Of a DNA stretch of 64,000 bases, positions 1-8,631 are shown in pieces (position 1 is the first letter of the stretch; each line of letters starts with the position of its first letter). The DNA comes from a virus (lineage: Duplodnaviria > Caudoviricetes): the IMG/VR virus record IMGVR_UViG_3300012016_000003, positions 23,612 through 87,611 of that record. The stretch is one strand, 5' to 3'. The position numbers and the translations under genes were made by a program. Under the pieces are notes generated by a model. It made no database searches. It saw only the letters and a program-made list of their open reading frames with translations, and was not told the DNA's origin.

Positions 1-195
1 GATAACGATGCTGAGGCAATGGAATTAATGGGGCTTATACTCACCGCAGCAGCCGATGAGAATGCAGATTTTTTCCTTTCAGCTTTAGACGAGGTTGTAA
101 ATTTTTGCAATGAATTAAAGCAAGATATAATTGATGAAAGTAAAAAAGTAGACTATGACACTCGAAGAATTTACGAAAATACCATTCCACTTTGA
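1..195 (+). CDS. Partial hypothetical protein, truncated by the window start
   Basis: Frame 1 is open from base 1 (DNDAEAMELMG...NTIPL) to TGA at 193-195. Confidence 0.5.
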   Translation, partial: DNDAEAMELMGLILTAAADENADFFLSALDEVVNFCNELKQDIIDESKKVDYDTRRIYENTIPL

Positions 196-359
196 ATGCC
201 ACCTATGCAAGTGATGATGGTCGGATTAAAATATGCGACCATGTTCCTTACAAAGATGGAGAACCAAAAGGCAAGTCATATAGGCATTATATGCTTGATG
301 GAAAGGTGTTTAAAAAGTGGGATAAGTTTGTTGAGGCATTAAAGGATTTTAAAATTTAA
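155..359 (+). pseudogene. Small phage gene broken by an internal frameshift
   Basis: ATG155 gives MTLEEFTKIPFHFECH then TGA. A second frame with no ATG start continues TYASDDGRIKICDHVPYKDGEPKGKSYRHYMLDGKVF...KI to TAA at 357-359. Confidence 0.4.
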
Positions 360-372
360 AATAGAAAACATT

Positions 373-663
373 ATGGAGTGTAAAGTAAGAAAGTACGTTA
401 AGAAACCCGTAGTAATTGAGGCAATACAGTGGGATGGCTTGAACTGGCAAGACATCACAAACTTTGCTGGCAATGCCGTGAAATTTGAAGAAGTGGTAGT
501 ACCAATATCCGAAAGTGCAAATGCCAGTCGTGTGGATTTAATCATTCATACTCTTGAAGGGGACATGACGGCAAGAAGAGGCGATTATATCATCAAAGGT
601 GTAAAGGGCGAGTTCTATCCTTGCAAGGCTGATATATTCGATGAAACATATCACGAGGTCTAA
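373..663 (+). CDS. Conserved small phage protein (KKPVVIEAIQW...GDYIIKGVKGEFYPCK type)
   Basis: 96-aa ORF with a motif pattern I recall as widespread in phages. Confidence 0.7.
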   Translation: MECKVRKYVKKPVVIEAIQWDGLNWQDITNFAGNAVKFEEVVVPISESANASRVDLIIHTLEGDMTARRGDYIIKGVKGEFYPCKADIFDETYHEV

Positions 664-665
664 AA

Positions 666-860
666 ATGACAAGAGAACAATTTGAAGAACTAAAGGTGGG
701 TGACAAGGTTATCCATGCTTTCGGAGGTATAGGTGTAGTCACCGAAAAGAGTGATAATGGATATGTAGTCAAAGACAAAGGATTTGATGCTGGAGATGGT
801 ATGTGCGAGGTTTCATTTGCATGGAATGAAGGCGAACCGATAAAAGATAAACAACAATGA
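666..860 (+). CDS. Hypothetical protein, possibly SH3/KOW-like (LKVGDKV)
   Basis: 64-aa ORF tightly packed between its neighbours. Confidence 0.65.
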   Translation: MTREQFEELKVGDKVIHAFGGIGVVTEKSDNGYVVKDKGFDAGDGMCEVSFAWNEGEPIKDKQQ

Positions 861-1297
861 AAACAAAAATCTTTGAATTTAACCCAATAATATATCCAAG
901 AAAACTTTGGATTACCTATGAGGCTACAAATGATGAGTTGAACGAAATGTTTCCATCGGGAGATGACGGAGGAAATAGGTTCAAGGATGAGCAAGGGTAT
1001 TACGGAATAACATACCGAACGGCGGACAAGAACAATCTTGGAGGTGTTCTTATAAGGTTCGAGAACAACAAGGAAGCCATGTCGCCTTGGAACATAACAC
1101 ACGAAGCCATCCATGCCGCTGGCGCAATATGCAAGTATGTAGGAATAGAACCAGACTTTGAAAATGACGAGGCATTCACATACCTTGCCACATGGATTGC
1201 AAAATGTTGTTGTGAGGTAAAAGACAACCATGTGGGAAATGATGACATTGATTATGATATGCTTGTAAAAGAAAAGAAAGTTGAAAGACTATGCTGA
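857..1297 (+). CDS. Putative zinc metallopeptidase-like protein
   Basis: HEAIH motif with a downstream Glu (DEAFTYL). ATGA overlap with the upstream gene. Confidence 0.6.
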   Translation: MKTKIFEFNPIIYPRKLWITYEATNDELNEMFPSGDDGGNRFKDEQGYYGITYRTADKNNLGGVLIRFENNKEAMSPWNITHEAIHAAGAICKYVGIEPDFENDEAFTYLATWIAKCCCEVKDNHVGNDDIDYDMLVKEKKVERLC

Positions 1298-1488
1298 CAA
1301 AACAAGACCTTGACGAATACACAAAGCCTAAACCAAAGGGCGAGGGGTTTGATGACAATGATACCAGTGGAAGATACATTTGCTACAACTGTGTGTTTAT
1401 GAACACAAGCCATAGCGAAATGGAATGGTGTGAAAATGATTCTTGCCGAAACCATGACAAGTTTGTGGAAAGGAAATACAAGAAATAG
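1291..1488 (+). CDS. Small Cys-rich hypothetical protein
   Basis: CYNC and CxxxxC motifs; overlaps the upstream stop. Confidence 0.55.
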   Translation: MLTKQDLDEYTKPKPKGEGFDDNDTSGRYICYNCVFMNTSHSEMEWCENDSCRNHDKFVERKYKK

Positions 1489-1588
1489 GCTATGGAAAGG
1501 AAAGACCGCCCGATTATTGTCAAACAATAATAGTGTTAGTTTAGTTTCAAAGGCGGTCTTCCCCATACCTACACAAAGCATAAAGGTT

Positions 1589-1774
1589 ATGCCATACAAA
1601 GACATAGAAAAAAGAAAGCAATGGGCGCATGAATACATCCGTAGGACTGATATTAAAATCAGGCGTTCTGCGATGAAAAACAAGAAATATGCCGAGGATG
1701 AGGAATACCGTGAAAAGATAAAGAAAACGGCACGGGAATGGCAACGAAAGAAAAGACAAGAAAAAAAGATGTAG
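1589..1774 (+). CDS. Basic helical protein (MPYKDIEKRKQW...), resembling the N-terminal helices of homing endonucleases without a nuclease domain
   Basis: Internal ATG1589 of ORF 1430..1774; very K/R/E-rich. Confidence 0.5.
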   Translation: MPYKDIEKRKQWAHEYIRRTDIKIRRSAMKNKKYAEDEEYREKIKKTAREWQRKKRQEKKM

Positions 1775-1897
1775 GGTTGGTGTAAGTGGTTGCATAGGCA
1801 GCAAGAAAGAGTTGTGGTGACTGCGCATATATCCACGTAAAGAAATCCTCTTTGGTAAGTCTGCAAGGAGTGGGGTTCAAATCCCCATACCCTACCC
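1771..1897 (+). ncRNA. tRNA-like element with an expanded (about 60 nt) anticodon domain
   Basis: D arm GTGT-AAGTGGTT-GCAT, T arm TGGGG-TTCAAAT-CCCCA, partial acceptor stem GTAGG/CCTAC and 3' CCA. The anticodon loop is replaced by a structured insert. Confidence 0.55.
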
Positions 1898-1923
1898 AAA
1901 ATGTGTTAAATGACTTTATTTGT

Positions 1924-1954
1924 TTTGCATATTTAAAAAATGTTGGTATATTTG
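1924..1954 (+). promoter_or_regulatory. Bacteroidota primary-sigma promoter
   Basis: TTTG (1924-27), 19-nt spacer, TATATTTG (1947-54). Confidence 0.75.
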
Positions 1955-1985
1955 CAAATGTTTACAAACTTAAACAATTAAGATT

Positions 1986-2516
1986 ATGGTTATTTTTGAA
2001 AAAGAAGTGCTGGCATACCTTAATCTGCCAAGCATACCTAAGAAAGAATGGGATGGCAAGAGCGCATTCGACAATGGTGTTGCAGTTGTTTCTTTGATGA
2101 CTGGGCACAAGGGATATGCCGTGGCTTCCTACAATCCAGAAAAAGGCGACATTAAGCCAAGAATAAAGAAAGTGTTTGGTAGCGAACCTTTCAGTGATGT
2201 TGAGAAGGTCTACCTAGTTCCCAACTATATGGAAACCGACATGACTGATGCAGACCTTGATGCCGAGTCAAAGAAAAAGGCTAATGAAATAATCAATGAG
2301 GCTGCGGAGATAGAGAACGAGGGAGTTGAACTTGAAACCCCTACGATGCCAGAAAATGAGTATCTCTTTGACTTTTTGCATAGTGATGAAGAAGCTATGG
2401 CATTCATCGAGGCTTACAACAAGAAAAACAAGATTAATGCTCGTGTTCCACAAAAGCATGATTCCATACTTATGCGTTTGGCGGTTATCTATGCAGATGA
2501 AAACAAGAAAAAATAA
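1986..2516 (+). CDS. Hypothetical protein
   Basis: 176-aa ORF directly after the promoter. Confidence 0.75.
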   Translation: MVIFEKEVLAYLNLPSIPKKEWDGKSAFDNGVAVVSLMTGHKGYAVASYNPEKGDIKPRIKKVFGSEPFSDVEKVYLVPNYMETDMTDADLDAESKKKANEIINEAAEIENEGVELETPTMPENEYLFDFLHSDEEAMAFIEAYNKKNKINARVPQKHDSILMRLAVIYADENKKK

Positions 2517-2530
2517 AGCATCATACCATT

Positions 2531-3217
2531 ATGAAACAGCAACAAAAGAAACTTTCAAATGCACAGCTTGAAAAGAGAATGCAAAGTGCTATAGTCCTAG
2601 TTCCAAAGGACAAGGACACAAAATCGGTGTACTTTGATGACAAGGGGTTGAGAATTACTGTAACAAGTGACTATGCAGTTATAGGAACTATGTTCCACCG
2701 CCATGTTTTCAATGCAATCACTGCAAGCGGTGCAAGCCGACCATACCTATACACAAAGAACTTTGTGGATATAGCACTTGCACATGACAATGATATTATT
2801 GTCAAGAATGAAAAGGGAGGTGTTGTACGTTCCTATGCCAGATTGTTTGATGTGTTAAGCAAGGAGGAAAACAAGATAAACTATAATCTGGCTTGGTTCT
2901 ATGACCTATGGCTGAACAATATCTTCCAGCCATTGTATAGCATTGGGGAAACCGAAAGCGAGGCATTCTTAGTCTATGAGCAATACTTGCACAATGTGGC
3001 TAGAAACCATATCGTGTTAAGCGAAAAGCCACAAGGTATGACTAATATCCAGTTCGTCAAGGAAACTATGGCAATGGTTGAAAAGTTCATTGATGGCATG
3101 AAGGAAAGCCAAATCTTCGAGCCTATGACCGATGAGGAAAGGGTAAAGGCAGAAGCCGATGCACTTAATGAGCAACAACAAGAAAAGTTTATGGAGGAAC
3201 AAGCCAATGCAAACTAA
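2531..3217 (+). CDS. Hypothetical protein
   Basis: 228-aa ORF, co-oriented with its neighbours. Confidence 0.75.
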   Translation: MKQQQKKLSNAQLEKRMQSAIVLVPKDKDTKSVYFDDKGLRITVTSDYAVIGTMFHRHVFNAITASGASRPYLYTKNFVDIALAHDNDIIVKNEKGGVVRSYARLFDVLSKEENKINYNLAWFYDLWLNNIFQPLYSIGETESEAFLVYEQYLHNVARNHIVLSEKPQGMTNIQFVKETMAMVEKFIDGMKESQIFEPMTDEERVKAEADALNEQQQEKFMEEQANAN

Positions 3218-3386
3218 TGAAAGCAAGGACATGGAATGGGTAAGCGTAAGTGAACTTGCTGAATTGTTGAATGTTTCCAAACAAACAATCTACAACTATA
3301 TCAGGCAAAATTTGTACGAAACAATGGAGTTCCGAAGAGGAAAGATGATTGGCATTCTTGTTAAAGTTCCTAAAGAGATAGAGTAA
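3207..3386 (+). CDS. Helix-turn-helix DNA-binding protein (excisionase/MerR-like)
   Basis: SVSELAELLNVSKQTIYNYIRQ HTH pattern; likely start at ATG3207. Confidence 0.7.
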   Translation: MQTNESKDMEWVSVSELAELLNVSKQTIYNYIRQNLYETMEFRRGKMIGILVKVPKEIE

Positions 3387-3614
3387 ATGGAAATGGAATT
3401 TATAAACAACAATGAAAATAAAGAATTGGTAACAGTTACAAAAAAAAGAATGGAGGAACTTTTGCAATACGAAAGATTTGCCATGTGGGTATTAAATGGT
3501 GTTATCATTTCTTCATTGCCAGATATAGAGTTGACAAGTGAAATATACAAAGATGCCCCAATAGAGGAAAAGAAAAAAGTCTTTGGGGAAATCCTTAGAG
3601 CATTTAATAGATAA
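3387..3614 (+). CDS. Hypothetical protein
   Basis: 75-aa ORF abutting the upstream stop. Confidence 0.6.
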   Translation: MEMEFINNNENKELVTVTKKRMEELLQYERFAMWVLNGVIISSLPDIELTSEIYKDAPIEEKKKVFGEILRAFNR

Positions 3615-3618
3615 GTCT

Positions 3619-3795
3619 ATGAAAAAATTTGTCATTACAATATCCCCATTGTTGTTATCTGCATTCGCACTTGTTTGGGCAAGTGAAGGTTTTTTGTTTG
3701 CCTTGGAAGGTTTGGGCATTACACTAGGTGCATCAGCCCTATGGATTGCATGGATAAACTTTGTAGACTATATAGACAACCATTTAAATGATTAG
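3619..3795 (+). CDS. Small two-TM membrane protein
   Basis: Two hydrophobic stretches; likely start at ATG3619. Confidence 0.55.
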   Translation: MKKFVITISPLLLSAFALVWASEGFLFALEGLGITLGASALWIAWINFVDYIDNHLND

Positions 3796-3798
3796 CCA

Positions 3799-3990
3799 AT
3801 GCCATCTCCAAAGCCGAAAATTAGGCGCAGAAAGGCGAAAAAGCGCAAGGGTAAGGTAGTTATCAAGGAACGTGTTAAATTGCGTTCTAAAGCCACTAAA
3901 AGGGCTAATAGGGATAGTTTGCAACGTATAGAGGCAAGACCACCAGCAGATGTTGCTCCAACATTTAGAATTAAGATAAGAAGGAAATGA
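3799..3990 (+). CDS. Very basic 63-aa protein
   Basis: 26 of 63 residues are K or R; ATGA overlap with the next gene. Confidence 0.6.
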   Translation: MPSPKPKIRRRKAKKRKGKVVIKERVKLRSKATKRANRDSLQRIEARPPADVAPTFRIKIRRK

Positions 3991-4406
3991 AAATTATACA
4001 TAATACAAGGGTTGCTTTAATTAGAATTGGGAAAGTGTTACCTTTTGTTATATGTTTTATTATCCTTGTTTCTTATGCTGAAAGTTGTATTGGGTTGTAT
4101 TGTCAAGACTTTGTATTGTATGATAATTATACTATAATAAAGAAACCTATAACATTCTTTATTGGTAATTATTTTGAATACAACTTACAAACTCTTATAG
4201 TACTAACAATAATAAGTATTGCCATTGAAACTTGCATCTATAATAAGATGGCTTGTGGGTATCTAGGCATAAACCTTGTAGAGAAATCCTACTTTAACTT
4301 TGAGATGGATGAGTGGCTTATCTATGCAATATGTTTGGTAAATATAGTAATAGCAAGCTATTTAACATTTAAAGGACTGGTTATTGTTACTAAAAGTAAA
4401 ATATAA
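3987..4406 (+). CDS. Multi-pass membrane protein
   Basis: Three to four hydrophobic segments. Confidence 0.65.
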   Translation: MKIIHNTRVALIRIGKVLPFVICFIILVSYAESCIGLYCQDFVLYDNYTIIKKPITFFIGNYFEYNLQTLIVLTIISIAIETCIYNKMACGYLGINLVEKSYFNFEMDEWLIYAICLVNIVIASYLTFKGLVIVTKSKI

Positions 4407-4678
4407 TGACACAAGAAGAAATAAAAGAAATCCTTTCCGTGCATGGTCTTGATGAAACACTCTTGTTTGAAGACCCATCCTATGAAACTGCATTCATAGG
4501 CATATCACACGATGACAAGGCGGTGTATGACTATGACAAGATGGTTGAATATCTGGTTGAAAAGGATGGCATAACGGAGGAAGAGGCAGCAGACTTTGTG
4601 TGTTACAACACTTTAAGGTCTTTGTCTTATTGTGAAAACTCGCCTATAGTTGTGTTTGACTATAACAAGTACTTTTAG
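4406..4678 (+). CDS. Hypothetical acidic protein
   Basis: 90-aa ORF with a TAATG overlap. Confidence 0.7.
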   Translation: MTQEEIKEILSVHGLDETLLFEDPSYETAFIGISHDDKAVYDYDKMVEYLVEKDGITEEEAADFVCYNTLRSLSYCENSPIVVFDYNKYF

Positions 4679-4711
4679 TATTTAATTTTTGCTAAAATTT
4701 CAATCCAAAGT

Positions 4712-4742
4712 TTTGCATATTGAAAATTAAGCACTAAATTTG
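4712..4742 (+). promoter_or_regulatory. Bacteroidota promoter for the tRNA cluster and clamp gene
   Basis: TTTG (4712-15), 19-nt spacer, TAAATTTG (4735-42). Confidence 0.75.
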
Positions 4743-4854
4743 CAAGTGTGTTTAAGGATGGATATTCATAGTTATTAGTTTTTTGGTTACAAAAGTTACT
4801 ACTAGGGTAAAAGGGAAGCCAAATCCTTGTGAAAGGCGGTAGGCTTCCAACATC

Positions 4855-4923
4855 ACGGCAGCAGTGTGAAAGTCGCATAGTGGGTTCATTGCCCAAAGGT
4901 GGGGTGCAAATCCCACTGCCGTA
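4855..4923 (+). ncRNA. Degenerate tRNA-Met(CAT)-like element with an initiator-type anticodon stem
   Basis: Perfect acceptor stem ACGGCAG/CTGCCGT and anticodon arm TGGG-TTCATTG-CCCA. The T loop reads TGCAAAT and the D loop lacks GG. Confidence 0.55.
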
Positions 4924-5038
4924 ACAAAGTTTTGCATACTTTTTGAATACTCATAGCTATTTATTTATTTAGGTCATGGATTGATTAGTTTGACACAATG
5001 AAAACCAAGGCGTTGGGAAACGTAGTAGGTTTTCACAT

Positions 5039-5110
5039 TGGGGCTTGGTATAGCGGTTCGTACACAAGATTTTGGCTCTTGTCAGGCATGTTCGACTCAT
5101 GCAGTCCCAA
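5039..5110 (+). tRNA. tRNA-Gln(TTG)
   Basis: Acceptor TGGGGCT/AGTCCCA (T1-A72), D arm GTAT/GTAC, anticodon arm CAAGA-TTTTGGC-TCTTG, T arm GCATG-TTCGACT-CATGC. No encoded CCA. Confidence 0.88.
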
Positions 5111-5155
5111 CAAGATACATATTTTTTTTGTTTAATCAATTTATAAGAGAAACTT

Positions 5156-6313
5156 ATGAAGATTATTAGATTTAATTCCGATGAACTTACTCCTTCACTG
5201 GCACTTGTAAGTTCAGTAGCACCCATCAAGAGTTCCTTGCCTATACTTAATGACGTAAGGATAGAAACAAAGCAAGGGCAAGAGGGTGGTGTGATTGTAG
5301 AACTAACCACAAGTGACGGGGAAACATGGCTGCAATGGCAGACACCTATTACGGAAGCCGAGGTTGGCATCTTGCTTTGCATCGAGGCAAAGGCATTGTT
5401 GCAGGCATTGAAAAACCTTAATGGAAAGACCATCACAATGAACATTGACGAGGAAAAGCACATTGTTGTATGCAAGTATGACAACGGAAAGTTCTCACTC
5501 CCCTATGAAAAGGCAGATGATTTCCCTACACCGTCAAGCAATATGGATGGGGCAAAGGAAATGAAGGTTGATGGCAAGCGAATACGCACGGCTATGGAAA
5601 GGACTGGCTTTGCATCATCAAGTGATGAACTTCGCCCAGTAATGACTGGTGTTCGATTTGAGTTCTTCAAGGACGGGATGGTTACGGTGGCTACGGATGG
5701 TCACAAGTTGGCAAAGTACAAAGACCTTACCATTACAAGCAATGAGGAAGAGATGTTTGGCTTTACAATGCCAAAAAGACCTTGTGGCACACTTATGAAC
5801 GTGTTGGCTAGCACCATAGACAGTAACATAGATGTTATGTTCAATGATAGATGCCTTGTGGTAACAAACACCCAGTTTAAGATGACCGCAAGACTCCTAG
5901 AGGGTCGCTACCCTAACTATGATGCCGTAATCCCAAAGACAAATGACAAGATTGTGAACATTGAAAAGGCTGCATTCATTACCGCCTTAAAACGTGTCCT
6001 CCCTATGGGTAGCCTTACATCGGAACTTGTGGCACTTACTTTCTACAATGGCGAAATGACCATTTCGGCAGAGGACTTTGAGTTTAGCAAGTCGGCAAGC
6101 GAGGTGGTAGGATGCGACTATAGCCCCGAACTTCCATCTTTCTCCATTGGTTTCAAGGGTAGTTCCTTGTTGCAGTTGTTGCAGAACATTGATTGTGATA
6201 CGGTAAAGATTTCACTTGCCGAGCCATCCCGTGCTGGTATCATTACCGAGGGCGAGGAAAACAACACCTATGACTACACATCATTGATTATGCCTATGCT
6301 TTTGGCTAACTAA
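5156..6313 (+). CDS. dnaN: DNA polymerase III beta sliding clamp
   Basis: 385 aa with ELRPVMTGV, VATDGHKLA, RLLEGRYPNYDAVIP and C-terminal LIMPM motifs. Confidence 0.93.
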   Translation: MKIIRFNSDELTPSLALVSSVAPIKSSLPILNDVRIETKQGQEGGVIVELTTSDGETWLQWQTPITEAEVGILLCIEAKALLQALKNLNGKTITMNIDEEKHIVVCKYDNGKFSLPYEKADDFPTPSSNMDGAKEMKVDGKRIRTAMERTGFASSSDELRPVMTGVRFEFFKDGMVTVATDGHKLAKYKDLTITSNEEEMFGFTMPKRPCGTLMNVLASTIDSNIDVMFNDRCLVVTNTQFKMTARLLEGRYPNYDAVIPKTNDKIVNIEKAAFITALKRVLPMGSLTSELVALTFYNGEMTISAEDFEFSKSASEVVGCDYSPELPSFSIGFKGSSLLQLLQNIDCDTVKISLAEPSRAGIITEGEENNTYDYTSLIMPMLLAN

Positions 6314-6328
6314 TAAAAACTATGACCT

Positions 6329-6775
6329 ATGTACGATAACTATAGCTATCCATGCGGAGCAGACACACCCGATGCTCCTTGGAATCAAGAAGATGTTCCT
6401 GAAAAGGAATTTGAAATACAAGTATCACAAACACTTGTCAAGACTTGTGATGTTATTACCGACAAATATATCCCAGGCCCGTCTGGAGTTGATTATGACT
6501 CCGATGATGAGGGTGGATGTGTTGCAATCGGTTGGAATGAACCAGATGACACAAGCGATGTGGATTGGGAGAAAGAGTTTTCCGAAAACTGGCACTACAC
6601 CCCATTGGAACTCATAAACAAGTTCAAGGAACACCTCGAAAGGGAATGGGATGCGATAAAGGATGTTGAAGATGCGAAAGATGCTGAAACAAGGAGAAAG
6701 AAACGTGAAATCAAGCATCTTATTGAAGAGTGCGAGGGATGGGAAAATGATGATACCGAATTTGAAGAAGTGTGA
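6329..6775 (+). CDS. Hypothetical acidic protein
   Basis: 148-aa ORF in the operon. Confidence 0.7.
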   Translation: MYDNYSYPCGADTPDAPWNQEDVPEKEFEIQVSQTLVKTCDVITDKYIPGPSGVDYDSDDEGGCVAIGWNEPDDTSDVDWEKEFSENWHYTPLELINKFKEHLEREWDAIKDVEDAKDAETRRKKREIKHLIEECEGWENDDTEFEEV

Positions 6776-6778
6776 TGA

Positions 6779-7210
6779 ATGAATGACTTTGGCGACTACA
6801 TAAACGGACACATACAAAGAAAGGCTGGTGGAAAATACGAGGGGCAAATCATCGTTGATGGCGTTGACTTGTCCCCCATTGAAGCCACCTATTTCACTAA
6901 AGACCACAAGAACTACCTTTGGATAAAGAGAAAGCCGATAATGGAGTTTGACATTGAAAGCGGCAGCTTTATCACAAGAAAAAGAAAGCCAGACTTTGAA
7001 TGCTACCTTGAAAAGCAAATCAATGGGAATGTTGTAGAATACAAGGGTGTGTTCACATTCCTACGCTTTCGGTATTCCATCATTGGTGTGTGGGATAAGA
7101 TTCTTGGCAAAGACCTCCAAAGGCTTAACCTCTATGTGGAAAGGCTTCCGTTGAAGGAGCAGACAATCCTAAAGGGTATTAACGAAAGGAAACGCAATAA
7201 TGGAGGATAG
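6779..7210 (+). CDS. Hypothetical protein
   Basis: 143-aa ORF in the operon. Confidence 0.7.
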   Translation: MNDFGDYINGHIQRKAGGKYEGQIIVDGVDLSPIEATYFTKDHKNYLWIKRKPIMEFDIESGSFITRKRKPDFECYLEKQINGNVVEYKGVFTFLRFRYSIIGVWDKILGKDLQRLNLYVERLPLKEQTILKGINERKRNNGG

Positions 7211-7682
7211 GGAAAAGGTTTTAATGGATTGGGATGCCTTGGATAACAAGGATATAGACGAGGTATGTAAGATATTGCAAAGGCATGAGATACGCATACA
7301 AGACTATCTTCTTGACCTTGTGGCATCATTGTGTAATGTAGACAAGTCAAAGGTAATAACCGAAACTAGGGATGTAAGCACCATTCATGCAAGGTGGTTC
7401 TTTTGGTATGCCTATAGGTATATGACCAATGAGCCTTTTGTCAAGATTGCAGAGTTCACATTGAGGTATGGCAGACGGTTTACCGAACAAAGCATATCAA
7501 ACAGCGTGAACAAGATGGCGAGGATGGTCACAAAGGAAACACTATGGGCAAAGCGTTGGGTTATCATCCGTAGGATTATAAAGCTGAGGGATGAAGTTCC
7601 CAATGGCATGGTTGAAGAACCTATAAGGGTTGTTGTTCATCATCCAAAGAATGTAGAAGTAAAACTTAAAATCGAACAATAG
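7200..7682 (+). CDS. Hypothetical protein, possibly with a DnaA C-terminal-like HTH
   Basis: TRDVSTIHARWFFWYAYR pattern. Confidence 0.55.
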   Translation: MEDREKVLMDWDALDNKDIDEVCKILQRHEIRIQDYLLDLVASLCNVDKSKVITETRDVSTIHARWFFWYAYRYMTNEPFVKIAEFTLRYGRRFTEQSISNSVNKMARMVTKETLWAKRWVIIRRIIKLRDEVPNGMVEEPIRVVVHHPKNVEVKLKIEQ

Positions 7683-7683
7683 T

Positions 7684-8097
7684 ATGATTTATGAAATTCA
7701 GGTACAATACACAACGATAGACCCTAAGAGCGGCAATGATAAGATTGCTAGGGAAAAGTATCTTGTGGAGAATGTGGAAACCTTTGCCGAAGCGGAAGCA
7801 AAGGGTTATGAATGGTGTGATGGGGAAACCAACTTGGATGTCATTGCAGTAAAGCGTTCCAAGGTTAAGGAAATCATCAACACAAGGCAAAGCAATGAGG
7901 ACTTGATTTGGATAGCCGAGATGCAAGACGTGTTCACTACCGATGACGGGGATGAGAAATACATTAAGTACAAGGTCATATTGTTTGCAAAGACAATAGC
8001 AAGTGCCCATGCAATAATGGAGAACTATATCAAGCAAGGCTACAATATGGAACTTATAGGAGTCAAGCTAACTGGTTTTGAAAATTTGTTGAAATAA
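7684..8097 (+). CDS. DUF4494-like protein (two-repeat Bacteroidota family)
   Basis: YLVENVETFAEAEA pattern with an internal duplication; family recalled. Confidence 0.65.
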   Translation: MIYEIQVQYTTIDPKSGNDKIAREKYLVENVETFAEAEAKGYEWCDGETNLDVIAVKRSKVKEIINTRQSNEDLIWIAEMQDVFTTDDGDEKYIKYKVILFAKTIASAHAIMENYIKQGYNMELIGVKLTGFENLLK

Positions 8098-8098
8098 G

Positions 8099-8626
8099 AT
8101 GGAAAGTAAGCTATATATTGGAATAGACGTAGGTAGCAAGGGCTTTATATCCATGCAAAAGGATGGCAAGTGGCAGTTCTTTTCCATTGAGGATAATGAC
8201 TTGTACCAACTTAGCCAGATAATGATGAATGCAAGGGCAGACAACTTGAACATTGCTTGCGTTATTGAGGATGTTCATCCAGTGTTCGGGAGTAGTGCAA
8301 AAGCAACCTTTGCATTTGGTTTTAATAAAGGGTATCTAATCGGCTTGCTAGCTGCAAACCACATACCCTATGTACTTGTTCAGCCAAAGGAGTGGCAGAA
8401 AGAAATGTGGGGAAATTCCGACATGGTTGTAACATACAAGGAAGTGGTGGTAAAGGGAAAGAAAATGACAAGGAAAGAGGTAAACACAAAGCAAACCTCA
8501 ATAAACTGTGCCAAAAGGCTTTTCCCTATGATGGACTTCCGTAAGTCGGAAAAGGCAAAGAAGGTGGATGATAACAAGGTCGACTCCGTACTGATGTGCG
8601 AGTACGCAAGAAGAAAAAACCTATAG
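8099..8626 (+). CDS. RuvC-like Holliday junction resolvase
   Basis: YIGIDVG, VIEDV, VQPKEWQK and DSVLMCEYA acidic-residue layout. Confidence 0.82.
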   Translation: MESKLYIGIDVGSKGFISMQKDGKWQFFSIEDNDLYQLSQIMMNARADNLNIACVIEDVHPVFGSSAKATFAFGFNKGYLIGLLAANHIPYVLVQPKEWQKEMWGNSDMVVTYKEVVVKGKKMTRKEVNTKQTSINCAKRLFPMMDFRKSEKAKKVDDNKVDSVLMCEYARRKNL

Positions 8627-8631
8627 GAACT

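Noticed and set aside
593-1231. 212-aa and other long minus-strand ORFs over the early genes (also 1252-1899, 6425-7018, 4969-5484)
   Set aside because: They overlap well-formed plus-strand genes or tRNAs and have atypical composition.
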